Shown here: positions 24,454 through 33,824 of the stretch, piece after piece
Numbering within the stretch: position 1 is the stretch's first letter
Layout: every line of letters starts with the position of its first letter
Assembly: GCA_030017615.1 (NCBI GenBank)
Contig: JASEIG010000003.1
Location: forward strand, 1 to 60,772
DNA: 60,772 nucleotides
Reading direction: 5' to 3'
From: Patescibacteria group bacterium
GTDB lineage: Bacteria; Patescibacteriota; Minisyncoccia; UBA6257; UBA9933
Notes under the pieces: generated by a model
Seen by the model: the letters and a program-made list of their open reading frames with translations, nothing else
The model's database searches: none
What the model was told of the DNA's origin: nothing
Made by a program: the position numbers and the translations under genes

Positions 24454-25809
24454 ATGAAACTGACTTTTTATGGAGGAGCCAAAATGGTTACAGGCTCTAA
24501 TTATTTATTGGATACGGGGAAAACTCGCGTGCTTATTGATTGCGGCCTTTTTCAGGGAAGCCATTATGCCGACGATCTTAATTTTGAACCGTTCCCGTAT
24601 GATTTAAAAACTATTGACGCGGTGTTGGTTACTCACGCGCATATAGACCATACAGGCAGATTGCCAAAATTATACCGCGACGGATACAGGGGGAAGATTT
24701 ATTCAACGGCGCCGACAAAAGATTTTTCCGAACAACTGCTTCTGGATTCGGAACATATTCTTTTAAAAGAAGCGGAAAACAGAAAACTGCCTCCTCTTTA
24801 TGATATAGACGATGTTAACGAAGTGATGAAATTATGGGAAAAGCGGAGCTACCATGAAAAATTTCGCGTTAATGAAATAGAAGTGGAATTTTTTGACGCG
24901 GGACACATTTTGGGTTCGGCGTTTATACTTGTAAAAGCGGAGGGGAAAACAATAGTTTTTTCAGGCGATCTCGGAAATGTGCCGGCTCCGCTTGTAAAAG
25001 ACACGGAAATAATCAAAATGGCGGATTATGTTTTAATTGAATCCGCTTATGGCAATAGAATTCATGAAGACTTATTAAAAAGCAAGGGTATTTTTGAAGA
25101 TACAATTGAGGATACTATTAAATCAAACGGTGTGCTGATGATACCGGCGTTTGCTATGGAAAGAACGCAGGAGCTTTTGTATGAATTAAATGAACTGGTG
25201 GAATACGGGAGAATTCCGTCTGCGCCGGTTTTTATAGACAGTCCTTTAGCCATAAAAATTACCGCAATTTACCAAAAATATTCTCGGGACAAAAATTATT
25301 TTGATACGGAAGCGCTCGCAAAACTTAAAAAAGGAGACGCAATTTTTGATTTTCCAAGATTAAAATTAACATTGACATCCGAACAGTCAAAAGAAATAAA
25401 TGACATACCCGCGCCAAAAATAATTATTGCCGGATCGGGAATGTCGCAAGGCGGAAGGATTCTCCATCACGAAATGCGTTATCTTTCCGATCCAAACAGC
25501 ACGATTTTATTTGTCGGGTATCAATCAAAAGGGTCTTTAGGAAGATTTATTTTAGATGGCGCGAAAAACGTAAAAATTTTCGGAGTTGATATTTCGGTAA
25601 AATGCAAAATAATGTCCATTTCCGGATATTCCGCGCACGCTGACCAAAAAATGCTTTTGAATTGGCTGGCTCCGATGAAACATTCAATCAAAAAAATTTT
25701 TATCGTTCAGGGCGAAGACAACCAAATGCTTCCTTTTTCGGAAAAAGCGCGGGACGAACTTGCCATTGAAACGGAAATCCCGGAATACAATCAAACAATT
25801 AATTTATAG
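24454..25809 (+). CDS. MBL-fold beta-CASP ribonuclease family protein
   Basis: HAHIDHTG (HxHxDH), beta-CASP motifs, and the C-terminal SGHAD-type motif ISGYSAHAD. Confidence 0.8.
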   Translation: MKLTFYGGAKMVTGSNYLLDTGKTRVLIDCGLFQGSHYADDLNFEPFPYDLKTIDAVLVTHAHIDHTGRLPKLYRDGYRGKIYSTAPTKDFSEQLLLDSEHILLKEAENRKLPPLYDIDDVNEVMKLWEKRSYHEKFRVNEIEVEFFDAGHILGSAFILVKAEGKTIVFSGDLGNVPAPLVKDTEIIKMADYVLIESAYGNRIHEDLLKSKGIFEDTIEDTIKSNGVLMIPAFAMERTQELLYELNELVEYGRIPSAPVFIDSPLAIKITAIYQKYSRDKNYFDTEALAKLKKGDAIFDFPRLKLTLTSEQSKEINDIPAPKIIIAGSGMSQGGRILHHEMRYLSDPNSTILFVGYQSKGSLGRFILDGAKNVKIFGVDISVKCKIMSISGYSAHADQKMLLNWLAPMKHSIKKIFIVQGEDNQMLPFSEKARDELAIETEIPEYNQTINL

Positions 25810-25850
25810 CTTTTAGGTTTTAACTTTTAGGTTTATAATGTATTTAAATG

Positions 25851-25990
25851 CCCGGTAACATTACTTTAAAGTTTTCCAACTAAACTGGAAAAATTAATGA
25901 AGCTGGGTTTTAATTTGCGGGAAATATAAAACATTATCCGAACTCAAATAAATTTGTTAAAATTTATTCAGTTAAAGTAATGTTGCCGGG
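25851..25990 (+). repeat. ~140-nt element with ~20-bp terminal inverted repeats (copy 1)
   Basis: cccggtaacattactttaaag (25851-25871) pairs with gttaaagtaatgttgccggg (25971-25990). Its 3' ~45 nt are near-identical to 44209-44253. Confidence 0.65.
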
Positions 25991-25991
25991 T

Positions 25992-27005
25992 ATGATTAAT
26001 AAGGAAAATTTTTTATCTGAAAACATTTTTGAAAAAAATATCTCAACCGAGCCCTTAAGAGACGGTTTTGGGAGAGGTCTGTTAAAATTGGGGATGAAAA
26101 ATCCTGAAGTTGTTGTAATCTCGGCGGATTTAAAGGAATCAACCAGATGTCATTGGTTTGCGGAAAAATATCCCGAAAGATTTATTGAAACAGGCGTTGC
26201 CGAACAAAATATGGCGGCAATCGCCGCGGGCTTGGGAATTTCGGCGAAAATTCCTTTTATTTCTTCATACGCCGTGTTTTCTCCCGGCAGAAATTGGGAA
26301 CAAATAAGAACAACAATCGCGTACAATAATTCCAATGTAAAAATAGCCGGACATCATGCGGGAGTTTCCGCGGGGCCGGACGGAGCGACTCATCAGGCGA
26401 TTGAAGATATCGCCATAATGCGCGCGATGCCGAATATAAAAATAATCGCGCCTTGCGATTCTATTGAAGCGGAAAAAGCGACTATTGCTTCAATTAGTGT
26501 TTGGGGGCCGATGTATTTAAGATTCGCCCGCGAAAAAACTTCTGTTCTAACCGCTGAAAAAACAAATTTTACGCCCGGCAAAGCTTATATAATGTTTGAC
26601 ACCTCGTCTGGCTCAGCGCGGAAAGAGAAAAAACCCCAAGTTTTAATAATCGGAGCGGGACCGATTCTCTATAACGCGCTTCTGGCGGCCAAAGAACTGG
26701 AAGATGAAAAAATAGGAACCATTGTTTTAAACTCCCACACCATTAAGCCGATTGACGATAAAAAAATAATTGAACTGACAAAAAAATGCGGGGCGGTTGT
26801 AACCGTTGAAGAACATAATATACTGGGCGGGTTAGGAGGAGCCGTATCCGAAGTTTTGGCTAAAAATTATCCCGCGCCGATGGAATTTATCGGCATCAAA
26901 GATGTTTTTACGGAAAGCGGAAATTATGAACAACTTCCGGAGAAATACGGTCTGGGAGTGAAATCAATCATATCGGCGGTTAAAAAAGTTATTAAAAGAA
27001 AATAA
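25992..27005 (+). CDS. Transketolase, C-terminal (pyrimidine-binding) subunit
   Basis: GVAEQNM motif and transketolase C-terminal domain pattern. ATG at 25992 (MINKEN) preferred, because the track start at 25980 lies inside the repeat arm. Confidence 0.85.
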   Translation: MINKENFLSENIFEKNISTEPLRDGFGRGLLKLGMKNPEVVVISADLKESTRCHWFAEKYPERFIETGVAEQNMAAIAAGLGISAKIPFISSYAVFSPGRNWEQIRTTIAYNNSNVKIAGHHAGVSAGPDGATHQAIEDIAIMRAMPNIKIIAPCDSIEAEKATIASISVWGPMYLRFAREKTSVLTAEKTNFTPGKAYIMFDTSSGSARKEKKPQVLIIGAGPILYNALLAAKELEDEKIGTIVLNSHTIKPIDDKKIIELTKKCGAVVTVEEHNILGGLGGAVSEVLAKNYPAPMEFIGIKDVFTESGNYEQLPEKYGLGVKSIISAVKKVIKRK

Positions 27006-27030
27006 ACGATAATTCTTAAATTATAATTCA

Positions 27031-28077
27031 ATGCAATTTGACGTAATCACAATCGGAACGGCGACTAAAGATATTTTTGTGTCCAGTCCGCTTTTTAAAA
27101 TAATAAAAAACGAAGAGCATTTGAAAAAACTCGGTTTTGTGGCGGGCGAAGCTACCTGTTTCGCTTTGGGCGCCAAAATAGAAATTGAGAAACCAATCTT
27201 AACGTTTGGAGGAGGAGCCGCGAACAGCTCAATAACTTTTGCAAAACAAAATCTTAAATCCGCAACCGTGATAAAAATCGGCGATGATGAAACTGGACGA
27301 GAAATTACGGCAAAATTAAAGAAAGAAAAAATCACCCCGTTTTTTTCTTTGGACAATAAATTATCCACGGCGTATTCTATAATTCTTCTTTCTCCTACGG
27401 GCGAAAGAACAATTCTTGTCTACAGGGGAGCGGCGCAAAAAATGGGACTCCAAGACATCCCATTTAATAAATTAAAAGCGAAATGGGCGTATATTTCTCC
27501 GGGTAAAATAAATTTTAAAGTATTTAAAAAAATAATCAGCTCTTTTTATGATAAAAAAATTTTAGTTGCTCTAAATCCCTCAAAAGACATAATTAAGGCG
27601 GGAATAAAAAAATTACTGCCCATTTTTGGGAAAGTAAGAGTTTTGATAATGAATCGGGAAGAATCGGCTTATTTAACCGGCATTGATTATGGAAAAAAAG
27701 AAGAAATTTTTAAAAAAGTGGACGATGCGGTTGAAGGAATTTTTGTGATGACTGACGGAAGAAACGGAGCATGGATTTCAGATAACCAAAAAATTTACCA
27801 AGTGGGAAATTATAAAGCTAAAGTTGTTGATGAAACGGGCGCGGGCGACGCCTTTGGAAGCGGATTTGTCGCCGGCATAATTCATAAAAAAGAAGCGTGC
27901 AGGAAAGGAGTGTGTAATCTAAACAATATCCAATACGCAATAAGATTGGCATCGGCTAACGCGGCTTCCGTAGTGGAACATATCGGAGCGCAAAAAGGAA
28001 TTCTATCTTTGGAAGAATTTGAAAATAATAAAAGATGGAAAGAACTTCCGATTAAAATCGTAAAAAACGGAAATTAA
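27031..28077 (+). CDS. PfkB-family carbohydrate kinase
   Basis: GGGAANS and the C-terminal DETGAGDAFGSGF signature. Confidence 0.8.
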   Translation: MQFDVITIGTATKDIFVSSPLFKIIKNEEHLKKLGFVAGEATCFALGAKIEIEKPILTFGGGAANSSITFAKQNLKSATVIKIGDDETGREITAKLKKEKITPFFSLDNKLSTAYSIILLSPTGERTILVYRGAAQKMGLQDIPFNKLKAKWAYISPGKINFKVFKKIISSFYDKKILVALNPSKDIIKAGIKKLLPIFGKVRVLIMNREESAYLTGIDYGKKEEIFKKVDDAVEGIFVMTDGRNGAWISDNQKIYQVGNYKAKVVDETGAGDAFGSGFVAGIIHKKEACRKGVCNLNNIQYAIRLASANAASVVEHIGAQKGILSLEEFENNKRWKELPIKIVKNGN

Positions 28078-28125
28078 TTTTTATAGCACTTTGGCAACGA
28101 TCGCGCGTAAAGTGCTAAACATAAC

Positions 28126-28749
28126 ATGAACGGAGATAAAAACGTTTATAAAGAAATAAAATATAAAATTTGCGTTTCCGGAGCGGCGGAAACCGGACAT
28201 TGCGGGAAAGACGCTTTTAAAATGGGCGAGGAAATCGGCAGGGAAATAGTAAAACATCACGGAGCGTTGATAACGGGAGCCACAACAGGATTTCCTTTTT
28301 GGGCGGCAAAAGGCGCAAAAGAAGAAGGCGGAATAGTAATAGGGTTTTCTCCCGCCGCGACAGAAGGAGACCATATAAATCTTTTTCATTTGCCGACGGA
28401 TTACCACGATTTGATAATTTATACGGGACAGCATTACAGCGGAAGAAATTTGGTTTTAACAAGATCATCGGATGCCGTGATTGTCGGGTGCGGAAGAATG
28501 GGGACAATAAATGAATTCACGATTGCTTTTGAAGACAATAAACCGCTGGGGATATTGCAGGGGGAATGGGAAACTGATGAAGTTATTAAGCATATAATTG
28601 AAAAATCTCATCGCGCCGAGGAAAGATTGGGGAAAATTGTGTATGATTCCGACCCAAAAGCGCTGTTAGACAAACTTGTTAAAGTGATAGACAAGTCTAA
28701 AAAAGAAAATTTTGGCGCTTATTACGTCCCGAATATAATCAAAGAATAA
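28126..28749 (+). CDS. TIGR00725/LOG-like (SLOG-fold) protein
   Basis: ICVSGAA...ALITGATTG...SDAVIVGCGRMGTINEF, a Rossmann-like LOG/DprA-related pattern. Confidence 0.6.
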   Translation: MNGDKNVYKEIKYKICVSGAAETGHCGKDAFKMGEEIGREIVKHHGALITGATTGFPFWAAKGAKEEGGIVIGFSPAATEGDHINLFHLPTDYHDLIIYTGQHYSGRNLVLTRSSDAVIVGCGRMGTINEFTIAFEDNKPLGILQGEWETDEVIKHIIEKSHRAEERLGKIVYDSDPKALLDKLVKVIDKSKKENFGAYYVPNIIKE

Positions 28750-28753
28750 GACT

Positions 28754-29887
28754 ATGATAAAAAATGTCGCGATGCCGATGAGTTTATTAATAGGCACTAC
28801 CATCGGCGCCGGAATTTTTTCTTTGCCTTTTGTATTTAGTAAAGCGGGGATGGCAGTCGGTGTTGCCTACCTTATTTTATTCAGTTTTGTTTCTTTTTTA
28901 ACGCACTTAATGTACGCGGATATAATAGTTCGCACGAACAATAACCATTGTCGTTTTCCCGGTTATGCCAAAATATATTTAGGAGAAAAGGGAAGCTGGT
29001 TGGCAAACACAGTGGTGTTTACTGCTTTGTTTCTTACTCTGACTGTTTATTTAATAATTTCAGCGAGCTTTATAGGATTGATTTTTCCTTTAATTCCCGA
29101 AATTTTCAAAATACTTATTTTTTGGGTATTCGGGTCTTTGGCTATTTTTTTAGGAATCAAAAAAGCGGCTGTTTTTGAATCATTCACTACTTTAGTAACC
29201 TTATCGGCAATTTTTATAATTTTTGTATTAGGGATTGCGGTGTATTTTTATAAGTCGGCGCGATTTCCGTCATTTAATTTAAATTTTATACTTTTTCCTT
29301 TCGGGCCTGTGTTATTTTCATTATTCGGAGAAGCGGCCATTCCCGCAATTATAGTCTATTTTAAAAAAGAAAATATTGACGTTAAAACTGTGAGAAAAAC
29401 TATACTTTATAGTTCATTTATTACGGCGATATTTTATTTTCTTTTTGTTATCGGAATTTTAGGATTTTCAAACGTTGTTTCGGAAGACGCAATTTCCGGA
29501 TTAAAAGACGTTGCGCATCCGGCAGTATTGGCGCTTTTGGGAATTTTTGGTTTTATTTCACTTTGGGATTCTTACGCTACAATCGGAACGGATATTAAAA
29601 AAATACTTGAATATGAATCAAAAATTCCAAAACCAATTATTAATTTATCGCTGGTATTTTTACCTCTTCTTCTTTATTTTTTCGGTTTTCAAAATTTCCT
29701 TTCACTTATTGGAATTATAGGGGGAATATTTTTCAGCATATGGGGGATTATGATTGTTTTAATTTGGAAGAAAGCGTCCGCAATAAACACGGAAAATTCA
29801 ATAATTAAAAAGCCTATTTTTTTTATTCCGTATTTATTATTGGCTATTTTTATCGCGGGTATAATTCATCAATTTTTAATATTATAA
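28754..29887 (+). CDS. Amino-acid transporter-like polytopic membrane protein
   Basis: About 11 hydrophobic segments. The N-terminal GTTIGAGIFSLPF is typical of Aa_trans/APC-type permeases. Confidence 0.5.
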   Translation: MIKNVAMPMSLLIGTTIGAGIFSLPFVFSKAGMAVGVAYLILFSFVSFLTHLMYADIIVRTNNNHCRFPGYAKIYLGEKGSWLANTVVFTALFLTLTVYLIISASFIGLIFPLIPEIFKILIFWVFGSLAIFLGIKKAAVFESFTTLVTLSAIFIIFVLGIAVYFYKSARFPSFNLNFILFPFGPVLFSLFGEAAIPAIIVYFKKENIDVKTVRKTILYSSFITAIFYFLFVIGILGFSNVVSEDAISGLKDVAHPAVLALLGIFGFISLWDSYATIGTDIKKILEYESKIPKPIINLSLVFLPLLLYFFGFQNFLSLIGIIGGIFFSIWGIMIVLIWKKASAINTENSIIKKPIFFIPYLLLAIFIAGIIHQFLIL

Positions 29888-29939
29888 ACATCGTTATAAA
29901 AAGCTTGGATTATATGTTTTAAAGTAATATTATTAATAT

Positions 29940-30461
29940 ATGATTCAGAAAGGAAAAAAATACCAATATAATCCAAAAGTATTTAAAAAACGCGACGAGG
30001 AGCGCGAATTTCCGAAAGGAGCCAAAGGCATTTTAGTCTGTAAAATTTGCGGCGCGCTTTACCATAAAAAATCATGGAATCGCAGTATTTCAATAATAAA
30101 TAAAAACGATTTGGATAAAATACTAGTTCGTTCAACAATATGTCCGGCTTGCGCAATGATAAAAAATAAGGAATTTGAAGGCGAGTTGATTATTTCAAAC
30201 ATACCAAAAGAACATTCTAATAAAATTGCAAAAATTATAGAAGATGTTGGGACAAAGGGGCGTCAAAGGGATATTCAACACAGATTAATTGCGATTTATA
30301 AAAATAAAAATTCTTTACGCGCGATAACCACGGAAAATCAACTAACAGTGGAAATGGCAAGAAAAATAAAAGACGTGTTCAAAAATAAAATTAATGAAAA
30401 AATATCTTATTCTCCCAACCCAAGCGATGTGGTTTATGTCAGAGTGGAATTTAAAAATTAG
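29940..30461 (+). CDS. Hypothetical zinc-ribbon protein (possibly BCAM0308-like)
   Basis: CKICGALYHKKSW...CPACAM cysteine pairs. Family assignment is from memory of the pattern only. Confidence 0.35.
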   Translation: MIQKGKKYQYNPKVFKKRDEEREFPKGAKGILVCKICGALYHKKSWNRSISIINKNDLDKILVRSTICPACAMIKNKEFEGELIISNIPKEHSNKIAKIIEDVGTKGRQRDIQHRLIAIYKNKNSLRAITTENQLTVEMARKIKDVFKNKINEKISYSPNPSDVVYVRVEFKN

Positions 30462-30471
30462 GAAGATAATA

Positions 30472-31497
30472 TTAAAATAATATTTTAATATCTTTTATTG
30501 TTATCAAAATCATCAAAATTAAAAGTAAAGCCAGTCCGGCGGCGTTGGTATATTGCTCAAATTTACGGGGAAGCGGAGAACCTTTTATTTTTTCAATTGC
30601 TAAAAATAATAGTCTTCCTCCGTCAAGCGCGGGAAATGGAATAATATTAAAAGCGGCGAGATTAAGCGATATTAAAGCAAGCAGTTGAAATAAATAAACA
30701 ACCCCCAATTTACTTGCTTGCGCGGTGATTTTTACGATTCCAACCGGACCGCTTATCCCGCTCAAATCGGCTTGTCCGACTATAGCAAGTTTTATCAAAT
30801 GATAAATTCCAGAAAAAAACATCCCCAAAATTTTAATTGAATATTTCAAACCCTCCCAAACTCCTTTAAACAAGCTGGTTTTTTCTTGTCCCGCCTCCAC
30901 TAAAGCGACACCAAACGCGCCTTGATTTTTTGGGAGATTGGTTCTGACAGTTATTTTTTTTTCAATTTCCTGACCTAATCTGTCTATTTTAAGCGCAATC
31001 TCTTTTCCTTTATTGGCGTTTATGTAGCCGGTAAAATCTTCTATGGTGTTAAATCCGATTATTTTATCATTACGTTGTATATCCGCCGCTTGAGCCGGAG
31101 TGTCAGGTTGAACTTCCGCAATAAATATCGCGTTAGGAATGCCTGTTAAAAATACAACAGACAAAGCAAGCCATCCGAGCAAAAAATTCATTATCACTCC
31201 CCCGGAAAGAATTAAAGATCTTTCCCAAATTTTGAGATTATAAAAAATTTGATTTTTAGAAAGATGTTCAAGTCCCTCCTCGTTGTTTTCTCCGGCGATT
31301 TTAACAAATCCGCCAAAAGGCAAAGCATTGATGCTGTAAATTGTTTCCCCTATTTTTTTACCGTAAATTCTTGGAGGCAATCCTAATCCGAATTCTTCCA
31401 CAAAAATTCCAAACTTTTTAGCTAAAAGAAAATGCCCAAGTTCATGGACTAAAATCAAAACAGATAAAAAAATTATTATAATAATCGCCGTAAACAT
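30472..31497 (-). CDS. rseP: RIP metalloprotease RseP (site-2 protease, M50)
   Basis: HELGHFLLAKKFG (HExxH), internal PDZ-like region, C-terminal NLLPFPALDGG-type motif (NIIPFPALDGG). Confidence 0.85.
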   Translation of the reverse strand: MFTAIIIIIFLSVLILVHELGHFLLAKKFGIFVEEFGLGLPPRIYGKKIGETIYSINALPFGGFVKIAGENNEEGLEHLSKNQIFYNLKIWERSLILSGGVIMNFLLGWLALSVVFLTGIPNAIFIAEVQPDTPAQAADIQRNDKIIGFNTIEDFTGYINANKGKEIALKIDRLGQEIEKKITVRTNLPKNQGAFGVALVEAGQEKTSLFKGVWEGLKYSIKILGMFFSGIYHLIKLAIVGQADLSGISGPVGIVKITAQASKLGVVYLFQLLALISLNLAAFNIIPFPALDGGRLLFLAIEKIKGSPLPRKFEQYTNAAGLALLLILMILITIKDIKILF

Positions 31498-31606
31498 TTA
31501 CTAAATATAAAATAAAAATCCAAAACTGCAAAATTTTTAATTTTGCATTATTCTAATTCATCCGCCGACGGGCGAATTAAAATCATTTTGGTTTTTGCAT
31601 TTTGAA

Positions 31607-32155
31607 TTATTTTTCTATTTCTTCTGTTTTATTTTTAAGAATAATCTCAAGCTCTTTATTTGCTTCATCTACCACTTTCTGCGCTTGTTCTTTGAGTTTG
31701 AATTTGGCGTCTTCTGTAATATTGCCCTCTTCAAAATCGCGGACTATTTCTTTATTAATTTCGTCCCGGAAAGACCTGATTTTTATTTTAGTGTCTTCCA
31801 CTTCTCTTTTAACAATTTTAATCAGTTCCCTTCTTCGCTCATCCGACAGCGGAGGAAGATTTATTCTAATAACAACACCGTCTATATTCGCGTTAACGTT
31901 TAAATTGGACGATTCAATGGCTTTTGCCGCAGTATTAACGATTGATTTGTCCCAAACGGAAATTTGAATTTGAATAGGCGGGACAATACTGATTGCCCCA
32001 ATCTGTTTAATAGTCATTTTTTGTCCATAAACTTCCACGGGGATATCTTCTACCATTCGCGGGCTGGGACGGTTTGAACGCATCGCCATAAACTGTTGTT
32101 TTAATGCGTTGATAAAACCGTTAATTTTATTTTCCGCTTCTTTTATTTCAACCAT
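31607..32155 (-). CDS. frr: Ribosome recycling factor
   Basis: RSNRPSPRMVEDI.VEVYG....I.Q.....V.....I..WDKS; 182 aa. Confidence 0.9.
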   Translation of the reverse strand: MVEIKEAENKINGFINALKQQFMAMRSNRPSPRMVEDIPVEVYGQKMTIKQIGAISIVPPIQIQISVWDKSIVNTAAKAIESSNLNVNANIDGVVIRINLPPLSDERRRELIKIVKREVEDTKIKIRSFRDEINKEIVRDFEEGNITEDAKFKLKEQAQKVVDEANKELEIILKNKTEEIEK

Positions 32156-32464
32156 ATTTTTAATATATATAGGAATTCAACATTTTTATCAAATATTAAT
32201 TAAATAACCAAATTCAGTTCAAATTCAATAAAGCGTTTTTAATGTTTTTAAATCAATATGACGTTGATATATCCGGATATGCCACTAAAAATTCAGATAA
32301 TGCTTCTGACGCCTTTATAAATATAAGGGGGCAATAATAGCTTATATTTTGTAAAAGCCGTGCATCCACGAAGGGAGGCATATTTATTATATCAACTTTA
32401 AACTGCGTTAAAACGCTCCATAATAATACTGCCGTGCTCGTATAACAAAATCCACTCTTATTTT

Positions 32465-33145
32465 TTATGATTTTTTATCAGAATATGGTTTAACCGGCTT
32501 TGTTTTTAAAGTTATCCCGACGGTTCTGAGTTGAAGTTTTTTATTAAGGTTGAATTGTTTTATAAGCGTAAGCCTGTTTAAAATTTCTTTTATCATTGCG
32601 AAATTTTTTATCGGGTCTGATTTTAATTTTAATAATTCTGTTATAAGCAATTTTTCGGCATTTTCTTCAAGCTTGTTTTTAATGTTTTTTTCCAAGCTGG
32701 GAAAAAAAATCTTATGTATCCTTGATTTAATCGTTTCCATTAGATTTTCGTCGCTTTGGCATATTAAAATAATCAGCGAGTCTTTAGGCGGTTCCTCAAT
32801 AATTTTTAAAATCGCGCTCTGCGCTTCCGCGGTAAGACTGTCCGCTTTGTAAATTATCGCCGTTCTTTTTTTTGAAATAACGGGCTTTTGATAAAGAAAA
32901 TTGCGCAACTCGCGAATTTCATCAATGCCGATAGATAAAGTTTCTCTCGGTTCAATTTTAAAAAAATCATTTAAAAATCCGCTTGGCTTTTCAAAAATAT
33001 CTTTTTCCAAAAAATTTATCAGTTCTTCGGAAAATAAAAGGATATCATCAGGCGAACTGCCGAAAAATAAATAAGCATGAAACAAAGAATTGCCGCTTAT
33101 AAGACGGATAAAATCTTTTTTAATTTTTTGAAAATCAGCAGCCAT
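32465..33145 (-). CDS. holB: DNA polymerase III delta'-like clamp-loader subunit (degenerate P-loop)
   Basis: LFHAYLFFGSS...ILKIIEEPP pattern. ATG at 33145 (MAADFQK) preferred over the track start at 33211. Confidence 0.5.
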   Translation of the reverse strand: MAADFQKIKKDFIRLISGNSLFHAYLFFGSSPDDILLFSEELINFLEKDIFEKPSGFLNDFFKIEPRETLSIGIDEIRELRNFLYQKPVISKKRTAIIYKADSLTAEAQSAILKIIEEPPKDSLIILICQSDENLMETIKSRIHKIFFPSLEKNIKNKLEENAEKLLITELLKLKSDPIKNFAMIKEILNRLTLIKQFNLNKKLQLRTVGITLKTKPVKPYSDKKS

Positions 33146-33248
33146 TTTAAAATTTTTAAAATACAAATCACAAGTGCCAAATAACAAACAAACACAGTGC
33201 CGCAATATCAAATTGCAAAAAAATAATTTGAATTTTTTAATTTTGAAT

Positions 33249-33728
33249 TTATTTGGTGTCTGGAATTCGTTTTTTATAATTTATTGCGTCGCATATTTCT
33301 TTCCCGCTCACCGGTGTTCCTTTGGGACCGACTATTTTCAGCCCATTAAATTGCTTAGGGTTGTGCGAAGCGGTAATCATTATGCCTCCGGAAGCCTTAT
33401 GTTTATTCACCAGAAAGTAGAGCATAGGAGTAGTAATGAGACCCGCGGGTAGAATTATGAATGATGAATTATGAATTACGGTTTTTTTCTTATTTCTAAT
33501 TTCTAATTCATAATTCTTAATTCCCTTTATCACGAAGTAATAAAGCGCTGGAGAAGAAAGCCGCGCGTCGTAGCCTATGATAAATTTTAATTTTTTAGTT
33601 TTTAGTTTTAAATTATTGCGGAAAAATTTGATAATTTTAGGCGTTAATTCTGCGACAATTCGCTCGTTTATTTCAGAGGGATAAATCCCGCGAATATCGT
33701 AAGCCCGAAAAATAGCATCAGGTATCAT
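33249..33728 (-). CDS. Phosphoglucomutase/phosphomannomutase domain I only (truncated; possible gene remnant)
   Basis: FRAYDIRG...GYDARLSS...GGIMITASHNP (catalytic Ser loop), but the ORF stops after ~159 aa; domains II-IV are absent. Carries an in-frame repeat insertion. Confidence 0.6.
   Translation of the reverse strand: MIPDAIFRAYDIRGIYPSEINERIVAELTPKIIKFFRNNLKLKTKKLKFIIGYDARLSSPALYYFVIKGIKNYELEIRNKKKTVIHNSSFIILPAGLITTPMLYFLVNKHKASGGIMITASHNPKQFNGLKIVGPKGTPVSGKEICDAINYKKRIPDTK
33451..33524. repeat. Heptad-periodic imperfect palindrome inserted in frame in the PGM fragment
   Basis: agaattatgaatgatgaattatgaattacgg - t7 - cttatttctaatttctaattcataattcttaattcc. Units of 7 nt (gaattat / tttctaa). 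Encodes KNYELEIRNKKKTVIHNSSF, absent from canonical domain I. Confidence 0.7.
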
Positions 33729-33824
33729 ATATTAAGTATCAGGCAAAAAGAAAAATGGGGCAAGATTGATAAGTATCCTTAGCGCTAATAACCAAACAGC
33801 GCGTGAGAGTTCCCCTGCGCTGTT

